In this document: piece after piece, positions 19,791 to 20,244 of the stretch | How the letters are laid out: every line of letters begins with the position of its first letter | Position numbering within the stretch: the first letter of the stretch is position 1 | Assembly: GCF_006345805.1 (NCBI RefSeq) | Contig: NW_021823954.1 | Span: 1-20,244 of the forward strand | Reading direction: 5' to 3' | Length of the DNA: 20,244 nucleotides | From: Octopus sinensis | Taxonomy: Eukaryota | Notes under the pieces: generated by a model | The model's input: only the letters and a program-made list of their open reading frames with translations | Told to the model about the DNA's origin: nothing | Database searches by the model: none | Translations under genes and position numbers: made by a program

Positions 19791-19832
<42 letters not shown>

Positions 19833-20036
19833 TGTGTGTTTGTGTGTCTGTGTGTCCCTAGCATTGCTTGACAACCGATGCTGGTGTGTTTATGTCCCCG
19901 TCACTTAGCGGTTCGGCAAAGAGACTGATAGAATAAGTACTGGGCTTACAAAGATTAAGTCCTGGAGTCGATTTGCTCGAATGAGGCGGTGCTCTGCATG
20001 GCCGCAGTCAAATGACTGAAACAAGTAAAAGAGTAA
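19626..20036 (+). mobile_element. Full-length tRNA-derived SINE family C with internal (TA)n(TG)n
   Basis: Head ggcgcaggagtggctgtgtgg, B-box-like GGTTCAGTCCC, CORE-like gtggcatcttgggcaagtgtctt and an A-rich tail; a partial copy lies at 1075-1208. Confidence 0.85.
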
Positions 20037-20244
20037 ATAAATAAATAAATTAATTAATAATAAAAACAAATAAATATATAAATATAAAAATATACATATA
20101 TATATATATATATATATATCTATATATATTTTGATATATATATATTTACATTTATAAGTTAAATTATTCTAATAATTTTTAAATTTTTAACTTTTTATTT
20201 TTAAATTAATTTCATGTATTGGCTTATGTTTTTCACTGTTTGAT

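Overview
Eukaryotic, AT-rich, non-genic (intronic or intergenic) DNA saturated with tri- and dinucleotide microsatellites and short interspersed repeats. The repeat style suggests an octopus/coleoid genome, but that is inference only. No host protein-coding gene can be supported, and nearly all ORF-track entries are microsatellite translations. Real coding relics: two fragments of one R4/Dong-type (restriction-like-endonuclease) non-LTR retrotransposon (7856-9099 +, 14324-14686 -) and a decayed Tc1/mariner transposase C-terminus (6507-6760 -). Also present: many tRNA-derived SINEs, a ~555-bp repeat whose visible intact ends all sit in (TTA)n, a non-autonomous Helitron and a SINE-derived 34-bp minisatellite. 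The most striking signal is a set of hammerhead ribozyme (HHR) motifs folded by hand. Two non-homologous, near-canonical type I HHRs point away from each other on opposite strands (3174-3232 -, 3563-3651 +). A minimal Penelope-type HHR lies in the tail of a tRNA-headed composite repeat (three copies), and there is one degenerate relic. Several rearrangement signatures are also visible: foldbacks, a micro-inversion and a LINE/repeat chimera. Family labels A-I are my own working names.
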